Of a DNA stretch of 64,000 bases, positions 17,819-26,627 are shown piece by piece. The stretch spans positions 14,827 to 78,826 of the forward strand of contig JAVHPG010000237.1 of assembly GCA_036170455.1 (NCBI GenBank), in the 5' to 3' direction. Every line of letters starts with the position of its first letter. Position 1 is the first letter of the stretch. This DNA is from Elusimicrobiales bacterium. GTDB taxonomy: Bacteria > Elusimicrobiota > Elusimicrobia > Elusimicrobiales > UBA9959. A program made the position numbers and the translations under genes. The notes beneath the pieces are model-generated. The model did no database searches. It worked only from the letters and a program-made list of their open reading frames with translations, and was not told the DNA's origin.

Positions 17819-18655
17819 ATGTACCCGATAATAGACAGGCAGGAACTCGCGAAGGGCACAATGGTGCTGATCACGGTGGAAGCCCCGCAGATCGCCGCCA
17901 AGATAAAGCCCGGCCAGTTCGTGGTGCTGCGCGTCAACGAGACCGGCGAGCGGGTGCCGCTGACCGTGGCTTACAAGGACCTCTCCCACGGGACCATCAC
18001 CATAATCTTCATGATCGTCGGCAAGAGCACGGCGCTGCTGGGCTCGCTGAAAGTAGGCGACGCCATCAGGGACCTGGTCGGGCCGCTAGGCGCCGTAGAA
18101 GAATTCACCAATGTCGGAACCGTGGTCGGGATCGGCGGCGGCACCGGCGTGGCGGTGCTGCACCATTTGCTGCAGGGCTATGCCGCGGCGGGGAACAAGA
18201 TCATAGGGATCATGGGCTCCAGGGAGCGCGACCTGATCATTCTAGAGGAAGAAATGAAGGCCCTCTGCCAGCAGCTGATCGTCACCACCGACGACGGCAG
18301 CCACGGCATGCACGGCCTGGTGACCGACGCCCTGAAGACGCTGGTAGAGCGCGAAAAGCCCGAGCCGATAGGGCTGGTTGTGGCCGTCGGTCCCCTGGTC
18401 ATGATGCGGTCGGTCTGCCAGCAGACCAAGCTTTATAACCTGAAGACCATCGTCAGCCTCAATCCCGTGATGGTGGACGCCACCGGGATGTGCGGCGCCT
18501 GCCGCGTAAGCGCCGGCGGCAAGACCAAATTCGCCTGCGTGGACGGTCCGCATTTCGACGGGCACCAGGTGGACTTCGACGAGCTGATCCAGCGCAACAA
18601 TATGTACGTCAGGGACGAGAAGACCTCGCTCCTGCATTCGATCCGCGCCAAATAG
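17819..18655 (+). CDS. NfnA/SudB/PyrK-like FAD and [2Fe-2S] oxidoreductase subunit
   Basis: Starts 4 nt after the previous stop. Ferredoxin-reductase-like fold motifs (RVPLTV, GIGGGTGVA) and the C-terminal cluster motif DATGMCGACRV..KFACVDGP. Confidence 0.8.
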   Translation: MYPIIDRQELAKGTMVLITVEAPQIAAKIKPGQFVVLRVNETGERVPLTVAYKDLSHGTITIIFMIVGKSTALLGSLKVGDAIRDLVGPLGAVEEFTNVGTVVGIGGGTGVAVLHHLLQGYAAAGNKIIGIMGSRERDLIILEEEMKALCQQLIVTTDDGSHGMHGLVTDALKTLVEREKPEPIGLVVAVGPLVMMRSVCQQTKLYNLKTIVSLNPVMVDATGMCGACRVSAGGKTKFACVDGPHFDGHQVDFDELIQRNNMYVRDEKTSLLHSIRAK

Positions 18656-18666
18656 CTTGGACTACC

Positions 18667-20484
18667 ATGACCGAAAATAAAAAGGACGAGCTGAAACAGA
18701 TCCCGGCGGGAACCGAGCTGTCGGTTTTCTGCCCCCACTGCCACCAGGGGCTGGGCCAGTACGAACCGAAGACCGGGAAGACCTGGTTCAGGCTCCACGT
18801 AAAGTCCGGCTCCGCCGAGGGCGAATTGTTCCTCTCCCCGATAATGGAGGACTTCTCAAAGCACGCCACTATCGACCTGCCGGACGGCACCGTAGTTAAA
18901 GAGCTCTCCTGTCCGCTCTGCCGGACTTCGCTCATAGAAAAAGAGGGACATTGCGGTATCTGCGATTCTCCCGTCGCGCGCCTGATGGTCTCGGTCCAGT
19001 CCAAGCTTATCCCGTTCTTCATCTGCACCAAAGTCGGCTGCCCCTGGCACGGCATCACCAAGGCCGACGAACAGCGAATTAAACCGAAGATCCCGAGGCA
19101 GAAAGTTCCGGCGCAGGACGCACTGCTCCGGATCCGGAATTTCCAGGAAGTTCCGTATGGTTTCACGCGGGAGCTTGCGCTGGCCGAGGCCGCCCGCTGC
19201 CTTGAATGCAAGAGCGCAAAATGCCGGACAGGCTGCCCGGTGGAAATAGATATCCCGGCTTTCGTGAAGCTGATAAAAGAAGGCAAATTCGTCGAGGCCG
19301 CACAGAAGATAAAAGAGAAGAACGCCCTGCCGGCGATCTGCGGCCGCGTCTGCCCCCAGGAAGACCAGTGCGAGAAGGTCTGCATCGTGGGGCTGAAGGA
19401 CGAGCCCGTGGCCATCGGCAGCCTGGAGCGCTTCGCGGCCGACATGGAGCGGGAAACCGGTTCTGTGACCGTTCCCAAAAAGGCCCCGCCTACGGGGAAG
19501 AAGATAGCTATCGTCGGCAGCGGCCCTTCCGGGCTGACGCTGGCGGCCGATATGGTGGTCAAGGGCCACAGCGTCACCGTTTTCGAAGCCCTGCACAAAC
19601 CGGGCGGGGTTCTGGTTTACGGCATCCCCGAATTCCGTCTGCCCAAGAGCATAGTGGACAGCGAGATCAGCTACCTGCGCCGGCTGGGCGTAAAAATAGA
19701 GGTCAACGCCCTGATAGGCAAGATGTACGATGCCGACGACCTGAAGAAGCTCGGCTACGACGCTATCTTCCTGGGCGTGGGCGCCGGCCTGCCGATGTTC
19801 ATGAACCTTCCCGGAGAGAATCTCTGCAATATTTTCTCGGCTAACGAGTATCTCACCCGCATCAACCTTATGAAGGCTTACGCCTATCCCGACTACGACA
19901 CGCCCGCGCCGAAGGGCCGGCACGTGGTGGTCATCGGCGCCGGCAATGTGGCCATGGACTGCGCCCGCAACGCCCTGCGCATGGGCAGCCGCGAAGTGAC
20001 CGTGGTCTACCGCCGCTCGCGCGGCGAAATGCCGGCCCGCAAGGAAGAGATAGAGCACGCCGAGGAAGAGGGAATAAAATTCCGGCTGATGACCAATCCG
20101 GTCAAGTTCGTCGGCGACAACCAGCGCTGGCTGCGCCAGGTGGAATGCGTCCAGATGAAACTGGGCGAGCCCGACGCCTCCGGCCGGCCGCGCCCGATTC
20201 CTATTGCCGGCTCAAATTTCCTGATCGAGGCCGACCTGGCCATAATCGCGGTGGGCGCCGGACCTAACCCCATGGTCTTTTCCGGCTTCCCCGGAGTCGT
20301 GCGGGAGCCGAACGGCTATATAAAAACTATCGGCCATGCCGGGCGCACCAGCCAGCGCGGCGTCTGGGCCGGCGGCGACATCGCCACCGGCTCGTCGACG
20401 GTCATCTCGGCCATGGGCTGCGCCCGCAAAGCCGGCAACGACATCCACGAATTCCTGGCGGGGAACGGAAAGAACTGGACCTGA
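18667..20484 (+). CDS. NfnB/SudA/GltD-like NAD(P)H flavoprotein (2x[4Fe-4S], FAD) with an extra ~140-aa N-terminal Cys-module
   Basis: Core motifs CLECKSAKCRTGCP, CGRVCPQEDQCEKVC, IVGSGPSGL and GAGNVAMDCA. The N-terminal extension repeats the module of 16951-17814 (Cys 22, 25, 82, 85, 96, 99, 120, 125 and His128). I chose the start at MTENKK (18667). Confidence 0.8.
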   Translation: MTENKKDELKQIPAGTELSVFCPHCHQGLGQYEPKTGKTWFRLHVKSGSAEGELFLSPIMEDFSKHATIDLPDGTVVKELSCPLCRTSLIEKEGHCGICDSPVARLMVSVQSKLIPFFICTKVGCPWHGITKADEQRIKPKIPRQKVPAQDALLRIRNFQEVPYGFTRELALAEAARCLECKSAKCRTGCPVEIDIPAFVKLIKEGKFVEAAQKIKEKNALPAICGRVCPQEDQCEKVCIVGLKDEPVAIGSLERFAADMERETGSVTVPKKAPPTGKKIAIVGSGPSGLTLAADMVVKGHSVTVFEALHKPGGVLVYGIPEFRLPKSIVDSEISYLRRLGVKIEVNALIGKMYDADDLKKLGYDAIFLGVGAGLPMFMNLPGENLCNIFSANEYLTRINLMKAYAYPDYDTPAPKGRHVVVIGAGNVAMDCARNALRMGSREVTVVYRRSRGEMPARKEEIEHAEEEGIKFRLMTNPVKFVGDNQRWLRQVECVQMKLGEPDASGRPRPIPIAGSNFLIEADLAIIAVGAGPNPMVFSGFPGVVREPNGYIKTIGHAGRTSQRGVWAGGDIATGSSTVISAMGCARKAGNDIHEFLAGNGKNWT

Positions 20485-20502
20485 AATAGAATTCTCAGGT
20501 AT

Positions 20503-20538
20503 AAAAAAGCCCGGAAGGCATAGCCATCCGGGCTTTTT
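20503..20538. terminator. bidirectional intrinsic terminator
   Basis: A6, then GCCCGGA stem, an 11-nt loop, TCCGGGC, then T5. It lies between convergent genes. Confidence 0.7.
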
Positions 20539-20552
20539 CTATTCCTGCCGGC

Positions 20553-21899
20553 TTATTGGCCGCGCAGTTCGTTTAGCCCCTGCCGGACTTCCGGGAAAGG
20601 TATTTCGGCGATGCTGCTGAAAGGGAGCGAGTCGAAGATCACGGAGATTTTCGGTAAAGCGAGCAGGTCATAGGGCAGCGAGTTGGAGACGGCGTCGAGG
20701 CCGTTGCTGCCCCTGAACAGGGAGGGGTTGCGCGTCATCGGGTAGGCGGGGCGGCCGGTGACGAAGGCGTTGACGTCATTGCAGTCGCCCAGCGGCCCGT
20801 AGCCGCCCTGGGGCAGGTTAGCCGCCTTGGCTTTCATCGCCCGGTGAAACCAACCGGCGCGGTCCAGCAGCTCTACGGCCCTGGCTCCGGTATAGGTTTC
20901 CACCGTGCGCCCGCCAACCCAGCGCATATTGACCGTGGGATTGGTGCGGAAAGTGGACAGCCCGTCCAGGCCGAAGAAGAAGCTCAGGTCGGCGTTCACT
21001 TTGCCGCGCAGGTAGATATCCAGCTCGCTGTGGGTCGCGGGCAGTATCAGGTGTTTGCCTCCGGAGAGCGTGAGGCCGGTGTCCACATACATGGGTGTGC
21101 GGACCTCGCGGCGGACGCCGTTCTTCTCGTAGTGAAGGTCGCCGAAATTGGCGAAGTAGCGGCGGTCCTGGACTTCGACGGAGACGCCCTCAGCCCGGAG
21201 GGCGCCGAGGAAAGCGGAGACGGTGTTAAAGCTTTTCCCGGCATAGAACAGAGTGAAAGCCGGAGCTTCCGGGGCATTGTTGGCGAGGCGGTCGAGCGCC
21301 TGCGCCAGAGCGATGCTGTCCCCGTAGGCGGCCGCGCCCGCTGGCTGCGATTCATCGCCGTAAAGCAGGCCGTAGCCGATAGGCTTGAGGAACTCGCCCG
21401 GGCGGGGGGCTTTCGGGAAACCGCTGAGCAGGAGAGTCTGCGTCGGCGGGATCGGCGCTTCTTTTACCTGGGGCTGCCGTGAAGCGTAGGCGGCGGCGGT
21501 GGCGAGCAGCTCTTTCGGGGTTAAGGTGGGGAAAAAATCGAGCGTTTTCTTGTCGGCTTCCTTCAGTGCTTTGCGCAGGGCGGCCTTGCGCGCCGGAGTG
21601 GCCCAGTCGGCGAGATAGCCGTCTTTTCCGGCGATGGTTTCCACGAGTTTATCAAGAGTCCCGGGTTCAGTCGAAAGTTCCGCCGCCAGTTCCGAAAGGC
21701 TAAGGTCTTTCGAGGCCAAGCGGAGATCTTCGGCAATTTGTACGCGGCCTGGGAGGCCCGCGGGGGGGGCGGCGGGGAGCCTGGCTCCGGGGGCCGCTTC
21801 AGTCAATTGTTTTACGGAGAGCAGCTGCTGGGAATAAGCGCTGAAGGAAAATAAAACGGATAAAAGAGCTGCGGACAGTATTTTATTTATTTTCATCAA
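20553..21899 (-). CDS. hypothetical secreted protein (448 aa)
   Basis: GGGAG RBS and signal peptide MMKINKILSAALLSVLFSFSAYS. I recognise no family. Confidence 0.6.
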   Translation of the reverse strand: MMKINKILSAALLSVLFSFSAYSQQLLSVKQLTEAAPGARLPAAPPAGLPGRVQIAEDLRLASKDLSLSELAAELSTEPGTLDKLVETIAGKDGYLADWATPARKAALRKALKEADKKTLDFFPTLTPKELLATAAAYASRQPQVKEAPIPPTQTLLLSGFPKAPRPGEFLKPIGYGLLYGDESQPAGAAAYGDSIALAQALDRLANNAPEAPAFTLFYAGKSFNTVSAFLGALRAEGVSVEVQDRRYFANFGDLHYEKNGVRREVRTPMYVDTGLTLSGGKHLILPATHSELDIYLRGKVNADLSFFFGLDGLSTFRTNPTVNMRWVGGRTVETYTGARAVELLDRAGWFHRAMKAKAANLPQGGYGPLGDCNDVNAFVTGRPAYPMTRNPSLFRGSNGLDAVSNSLPYDLLALPKISVIFDSLPFSSIAEIPFPEVRQGLNELRGQ

Positions 21900-22094
21900 T
21901 TAGGGCTCCCGGCAAAGGCTTTATTTAATTGTAGCCTTTGCGGCAGGCTTGCCCAAGCGGCTATAGACCCAGGCGGCTCAGGTTAATAGGCCTATATAGT
22001 TCTGGGCCCTTATAAGGGTCCCGCCTCATTCAGGCCCGCTCATGTTTTGTATAATTACATCTGCTTTTAAAGTAAAGAAAGGACGCGTTACGCC

Positions 22095-24743
22095 ATGCAA
22101 AGCTACCAGATACGCAAAAGTTTTTTGGATTTTTTCGCCAAACAGGGGCATCCCGTGGTTAAATCCAGCCCGCTCATCCCCGAGGGCGACCCCACCCTTC
22201 TTTTCACCTCCGCCGGCATGGTGCAGTTCAAACCGTATTATCTCGGGCTGAAAACGGATATGAAGCGCGCGGCTTCCTGCCAGAAAAGTTTCCGCACCAC
22301 CGACATAGACAATGTCGGCAAGACCATCCGCCACCTGACCTTCTTCGAGATGCTCGGAAATTTTTCCTTCGGCGATTATTTCAAGAAAGAGTCCCTGAAC
22401 TGGGGCTGGGAATTCTTTACGAAAGAACTGGGGCTCCCGGCCGACCGCTTCTACCCGTCCATCTATAAAGGCGGCGTGGCCCCGCGCGACGAGGAAGCCC
22501 GCGCTATCTGGGAGAACATCCTTCCAAAGAACCTTCATTCCCACATCATAGAGCTGGGCGACAAGGATAATTTCTGGGCGATGGGCGAGACCGGGCCCTC
22601 CGGCCCCTGCTCGGAGGTTTACTGGGACCGCGGCGCGAAATACGACCATCCCGGCTGCGAGGGCCCCGGCGCCTGCTCCTGCGACCGCTACATCGAGATC
22701 TGGAACCATGTCTTCACTCAGTTCGACAAGCAGGCCGACGGGACTTTCAAGCCGCTCCCGCGCAAGAACATCGACACCGGTATGGGCCTTGAGCGCCTGA
22801 CTTTCGTGGTGGAAGGTAAAGAATCGCCTTTCGAGACTTCGCTTTTTCAGCCCATAATGCAGGCGGCCTCGAAGCAGCTTAAGGTGGAACCCGGCTCTTC
22901 CGAAGAGGCCGACTCCGCTTTCCGCATCATCAGCGAGCACTTGCGGGCTTCCTCTTTCCTGATCGCCGAGGGTATCATGCCCTCCAATGAGGGCCGCGGC
23001 TATGTGCTGCGCCGCCTTATCCGCCGCGCCGCGCGCTACGGACGGATCCTCGGCGCCAAAGACCCTTTCCTTCACAAGCTGGTGCCTTCCGTGCATGAAA
23101 TATTCAGGGACGTCTATCCTGAAATAATTTCCGCGGAGAAACAGATCTCGGCCGCCCTTAAATTCGAGGAGCAGGGCTTTATAGAGACGCTCGGGACCGG
23201 GGAAAAATTCCTGGCCGACCTGCTGGAGAAATACCCGCGCGGCGTGCCCGGCGGCGAGGCTTTCAAGCTTTACGAGACCTACGGTTTCCCGATAGAGCTG
23301 ACGCGCGAGCTTGCGCTTAAAAAGAATATCCCGCTGGACGAGAAAGGTTTCGAGGCCGCCCGCAAGGCCGCCCAGGAAATCGCCCGCGCCAACTGGAAGG
23401 ATTCCGGCGAGCAGGACGGTTTTATTTTCCAGACCGCGGAAGAGAAATTCCCGGCCACAGTTTTCAAGGGCTATGACGTCACCGAAACCGATTCCTCTAT
23501 CCTGGGATTGCTGGACCTGAAGGGAAATATCGTCGCTTCGCTGCCTGCCGGTTCGGACGGTCATGCCATCCTGGACGTCACGCCTTTCTACGCCGAATCC
23601 GGCGGCCAGGTGGGAGATGTCGGCGAGCTTTTGGCCGGCGGCGCCAGCGTGGCGGAGATCGTCAACACCCAGAAGCCGGTGAAGAAAGTTTATTTCCACC
23701 ATGTAAAACCCGCCTCCGAACTGAAGGCCGGTATGAAGGTGCGCGCGAAGGTTTCGACGCTGCGGCACAATACCGCCTGCAACCATACCGCTATCCACGT
23801 GGTGAACGCCGCGCTTAAAAAAGTTTTCGGGGAAAGCACCCGCCAGGCCGGCTCCGAGGTGGACCCGCACAGGTTCCGCTTCGACTATACTATCACCAAG
23901 ACTCCCTCCAGGGAAGAAATGGCGGAAGTCGAAAAGATAGCTAACGAAGCCGTGGGCCGCAAATACAAGGTCCTTAAAATGGAGCGCCCGCTCAAGGACG
24001 CCGCTAAATTCGGCGCCACCACCCTGCTGGGAGAGAAATACCAGGACCCGGCGCGCTTCGTGCTGATAAACAACGGCGGCTGGGACTCGGCCGGCGACCA
24101 TTACAGCCTGGAGCTGTGCGGCGGCACGCATATCGATTCGCTCGGCGAGCTGGTGGTCGTGAAGATACTCAAAGACTCCTCCGTTTCGCGCGGCGTGCGC
24201 CGCATAGAGGGCGTGGCCGGGCCCGCCGCGGTGGCCCACCTGACAAAGCTGGCGGGCTTCGCCGAAGCCGCGGCCTCAAAGCTTTCCGTCCCGCCGCAGA
24301 ACCTGCCCGCGCGCGTGGACCAGCTGCTTGAAAACATCAAAGAGCTCAAAGCCGGCAAAGCTAAAGCCGCCCCGGCGGTATCCGCAAAAGAGGGGCGCAG
24401 GCTGCTGACCGAGGGCATAGACGGCTCCGGCTCGAGCTTCCTGATCTATGACGCCGGCGGGCTAGGAATGAGGGACCTGCGCGGGCTGTCGGACGAGGTA
24501 AAAAAAGACCTGAAGTCCACGCTGCTTTTCATATACTCCAGGGCTGAAGGAAAATTCTCTTTCATAGTTACCTATACGGGGGATGTAAAAGCCGACGCTT
24601 CCGCTATCGCCAAATGCGTGGCGGACATGATAAACGGCTCGGGCGGCGGCCGCAAGGACTTCGCCCAGGGCGGGGGGGAAATCCCCGCAGATATCCCCGC
24701 TTTCGAGAAGCAGCTGGTAGAAATAGCGAAGAAGCATGTGTAG
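22095..24743 (+). CDS. alaS: alanine--tRNA ligase
   Basis: Class II motifs (FTSAGMVQFKP, FEMLGNFSFGDY), editing-domain HTAIHVV and CGGTH, and a C-terminal DHHA1-like GGGRKDFAQGGG. Confidence 0.95.
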   Translation: MQSYQIRKSFLDFFAKQGHPVVKSSPLIPEGDPTLLFTSAGMVQFKPYYLGLKTDMKRAASCQKSFRTTDIDNVGKTIRHLTFFEMLGNFSFGDYFKKESLNWGWEFFTKELGLPADRFYPSIYKGGVAPRDEEARAIWENILPKNLHSHIIELGDKDNFWAMGETGPSGPCSEVYWDRGAKYDHPGCEGPGACSCDRYIEIWNHVFTQFDKQADGTFKPLPRKNIDTGMGLERLTFVVEGKESPFETSLFQPIMQAASKQLKVEPGSSEEADSAFRIISEHLRASSFLIAEGIMPSNEGRGYVLRRLIRRAARYGRILGAKDPFLHKLVPSVHEIFRDVYPEIISAEKQISAALKFEEQGFIETLGTGEKFLADLLEKYPRGVPGGEAFKLYETYGFPIELTRELALKKNIPLDEKGFEAARKAAQEIARANWKDSGEQDGFIFQTAEEKFPATVFKGYDVTETDSSILGLLDLKGNIVASLPAGSDGHAILDVTPFYAESGGQVGDVGELLAGGASVAEIVNTQKPVKKVYFHHVKPASELKAGMKVRAKVSTLRHNTACNHTAIHVVNAALKKVFGESTRQAGSEVDPHRFRFDYTITKTPSREEMAEVEKIANEAVGRKYKVLKMERPLKDAAKFGATTLLGEKYQDPARFVLINNGGWDSAGDHYSLELCGGTHIDSLGELVVVKILKDSSVSRGVRRIEGVAGPAAVAHLTKLAGFAEAAASKLSVPPQNLPARVDQLLENIKELKAGKAKAAPAVSAKEGRRLLTEGIDGSGSSFLIYDAGGLGMRDLRGLSDEVKKDLKSTLLFIYSRAEGKFSFIVTYTGDVKADASAIAKCVADMINGSGGGRKDFAQGGGEIPADIPAFEKQLVEIAKKHV

Positions 24744-24784
24744 CCCTTTAAGCTAAAGGGGTATAATGTAGTTCGCGGTCATAT

Positions 24785-24859
24785 GCGCCCGTGGTGAAAT
24801 GGATATCACAGGAGCCTCCGAAGCTTCTAGTGCAGGTTCGATTCCTGCCGGGCGCACCA
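24785..24859 (+). tRNA. tRNA-Arg (anticodon CCG), CCA encoded
   Basis: The cloverleaf folds by hand: acceptor GCGCCCG/CGGGCGC, D stem GTGA/TCAC, anticodon stem GGAGC/GCTTC with loop CTCCGAA, T arm GCAGG-TTCGATT-CCTGC, discriminator A plus CCA. 75 nt. Confidence 0.9.
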
Positions 24860-24874
24860 AAATCTGTTATAAGG

Positions 24875-25029
24875 AACCCGGAGCGAGACATGGTTGTCTC
24901 GCGTCAGGAATCGAAAGCCGGAGCCGCGAGGCCACCAGGCCGCAGCGGCGAGGCGGGGTCGCAGGTCCCGGTGAGCGACGGCGAACCGGGAACCTGTGAC
25001 CGACTGCCGGGCTTAAGAAGTAACGGGTT
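24875..25029 (+). ncRNA. candidate structured RNA or structured leader (class not recognised)
   Basis: Closing helix AACCCG/CGGGTT. Hairpin GCGAGAC/GTCTCGC (24883-24902). Hairpin 24923-24949 with an ACCA loop. A 15-bp helix pairs 24957-24971 with 24986-25001 (one G-U, one bulge). Confidence 0.3.
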
Positions 25030-25053
25030 AGAAAACATCTCCATTCTCCCCAC

Positions 25054-26532
25054 ATGAATTTCGAAGAAGAAATTTCCCTCCTTATAAAATCCCGGTATCC
25101 CCTGGTGCTGGTGGACGCTATCGACGAGAATTATGTACTGGGGCAGCTGCAGGGCGTGGCGGAAGAGCAGGCCCTGACTTTTTACTGCTGGTCCCTCACC
25201 AAGGGCCTGCGCATAGGCAGGAACGAAAATTCATTTTATAAATCCGGCGACCCCGTGGCCATGCTGCGCATAGCCAACGACCTGATAAAGGACCCCCACA
25301 GCGCCCTTTTCGCTTTCTCCGACTTCGACCGCTACCTGGGCGACGCCGCGCCGGCGCGGCTCTTCAAGGACATGCTAGACCGCATAAAAGGCACGCCCAC
25401 CACGGTGGTGCTGCTGGGCGCCGAGGGGAAGCTTCCTTCCGATATCGCTCCCCTGGCCGCGCGCATCTCGGGCGGCTTCCCCGACGAAAAGCAGATCCTG
25501 GCCGAGATCAACAAGGTGCTGGTCGAATTCAAAATGACGGGCGCGCGGCTGGAGATAGACATGCCGCCGGACGCCCTGCGGCGCGTGATCAAGACCCTCA
25601 AGGGCCTTTCCCTGCAGCAGATCCGCAACGCGCTAAATCTTTGCATCCTGAAGGACTCGCGGTTCGACGGGAAGGATATTTCCACGATAGAGAAATTCAA
25701 GAAAGAGGCTTTCGACCAGGGCGGCATCCTGGAATATTTCGGCTCCGAGCAGGTAAATTCAATCGCCGGCTTCGACAATTTGAAACGCTGGGTCGCCGAC
25801 CGCAAGAATTCTTTTTTCACCGACGGCCCGCTCCCGCCGCCAAAAGGCCTGCTGCTCCTGGGGGTGCAGGGCTGCGGCAAGTCGCTCGCGGCCAAGGTCA
25901 TCGCCGGCGAGCTCGGCATCCCGCTTTACCGGCTCGACCTGAACAGGCTTTATTCCAAGTATATCGGCGAAACCGAGGAGAACCTGCGCAAGGCGCTGGC
26001 CACGGTGGAGCGCCTGGCCCCGGTCTGTCTCTGGATAGACGAGATAGAAAAAATTTTCGCCTCGTCTTCCGGAGAGATAGACGGCGGCGTGTCAAAGCGC
26101 GTGCTCGGGACCATGCTAACCTGGATGCAGGAGCGCAAAGACCGCTCTTTCATCGCCGCCACCTCCAACGATATTAATAATTTGCCGCCCGAGCTGCTGC
26201 GCAAGGGCCGCTTCGACGAGATCTTCTTCGCCGACCTGCCCGACGCCGCCGCGCGAGAAGGCATAATCAATATCCACCTCGAAAAGCGGGGCCTCGATCC
26301 CGCGCTGTTCGACGTGCCCGTGCTGGCCGCCAGCTGCGGCGGCTTCAGCGGCGCCGAGATAGAGCAGGCCGTCATCTCGGCTCTTTACAGCGCCTCCGGC
26401 GCGAACGAAAAGATTGCCTCGAAACACGTGCTGGAGCAGCTCAAGCTTACCCGGCCGCTTTCCGTCATCAAGGCCGAGGCGGTGGATTTTCTGCGCAATT
26501 GGGCGAAGGAGCGGAGCATACTTCTGGTGTGA
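25054..26532 (+). CDS. AAA+ ATPase (classic AAA clade) with an ~250-aa uncharacterised N-terminal region
   Basis: Walker A GVQGCGKSLAAK, Walker B CLWIDEIEK, sensor-1 IAATSN, and second region of homology PPELLRKGRFDEIFF. There is no SD. The start overlaps (ATGA) the stop of a 55-codon upstream ORF. Confidence 0.85.
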   Translation: MNFEEEISLLIKSRYPLVLVDAIDENYVLGQLQGVAEEQALTFYCWSLTKGLRIGRNENSFYKSGDPVAMLRIANDLIKDPHSALFAFSDFDRYLGDAAPARLFKDMLDRIKGTPTTVVLLGAEGKLPSDIAPLAARISGGFPDEKQILAEINKVLVEFKMTGARLEIDMPPDALRRVIKTLKGLSLQQIRNALNLCILKDSRFDGKDISTIEKFKKEAFDQGGILEYFGSEQVNSIAGFDNLKRWVADRKNSFFTDGPLPPPKGLLLLGVQGCGKSLAAKVIAGELGIPLYRLDLNRLYSKYIGETEENLRKALATVERLAPVCLWIDEIEKIFASSSGEIDGGVSKRVLGTMLTWMQERKDRSFIAATSNDINNLPPELLRKGRFDEIFFADLPDAAAREGIINIHLEKRGLDPALFDVPVLAASCGGFSGAEIEQAVISALYSASGANEKIASKHVLEQLKLTRPLSVIKAEAVDFLRNWAKERSILLV

Positions 26533-26554
26533 GGAGCGGGGCCGGGAGGCCGCG

Positions 26555-26583
26555 TTGACTCCGCCTGTCTTTTCTGTTATTAT
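26555..26583 (+). promoter_or_regulatory. sigma70-like promoter: TTGACT, 17-nt spacer, TATTAT
   Basis: TTGACT at 26555-26560 and TATTAT at 26578-26583, upstream of the TPR gene. Confidence 0.4.
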
Positions 26584-26627
26584 CGGATAAAGCCGCGGCG
26601 CCGGCCGCGGGAACGGGGTAAAAACAC

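Noticed and set aside
18490-18666. Upstream extensions of the NfnB-like ORF (18490). The same issue applies to the nuoB ORF (33854), the serpin ORF (44924), the phoB ORF (4991) and the nuoD ORF (35132).
   Set aside because: The extensions overlap the preceding genes or run through the palindrome, and they translate to non-protein-like sequence. Internal ATGs give canonical N-termini or signal peptides.
22026-24239. 737-aa ORF antisense to alaS. Similar long antisense ORFs occur at 40938-42569, 38996-40456, 42412-43824, 16957-17937, 18856-20058, 30275-31450, 32670-33665, 54949-55962 and 57379-58515.
   Set aside because: These are shadow ORFs typical of GC-rich DNA. Their translations are Arg/Gly/Ala/His-rich low-complexity sequence with no recognisable motifs. 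The opposite strand encodes unmistakable conserved proteins.
24875-25029. Identification of the structured spacer as SRP (4.5S) RNA, or as a cobalamin or TPP riboswitch.
   Set aside because: There are superficial resemblances (CAGGUCCCGG; GGUGAG...CUGUGAC; GGGGUCGC...ACCUG). However, the invariant elements are missing: the SRP GGAA/AGCAGC loop, the B12 box GCCACUG, and the TPP CUGAGA with ACCUGAUC. The hand-folded helices are incompatible with those architectures, and the downstream gene does not fit either riboswitch.
24791-25057. The 88-aa ORF from the track starting inside the tRNA gene.
   Set aside because: Its first third overlaps the tRNA-Arg gene. Only the shorter 55-codon version from the ATG at 24890 has an SD and is kept as a hypothesis in the findings.
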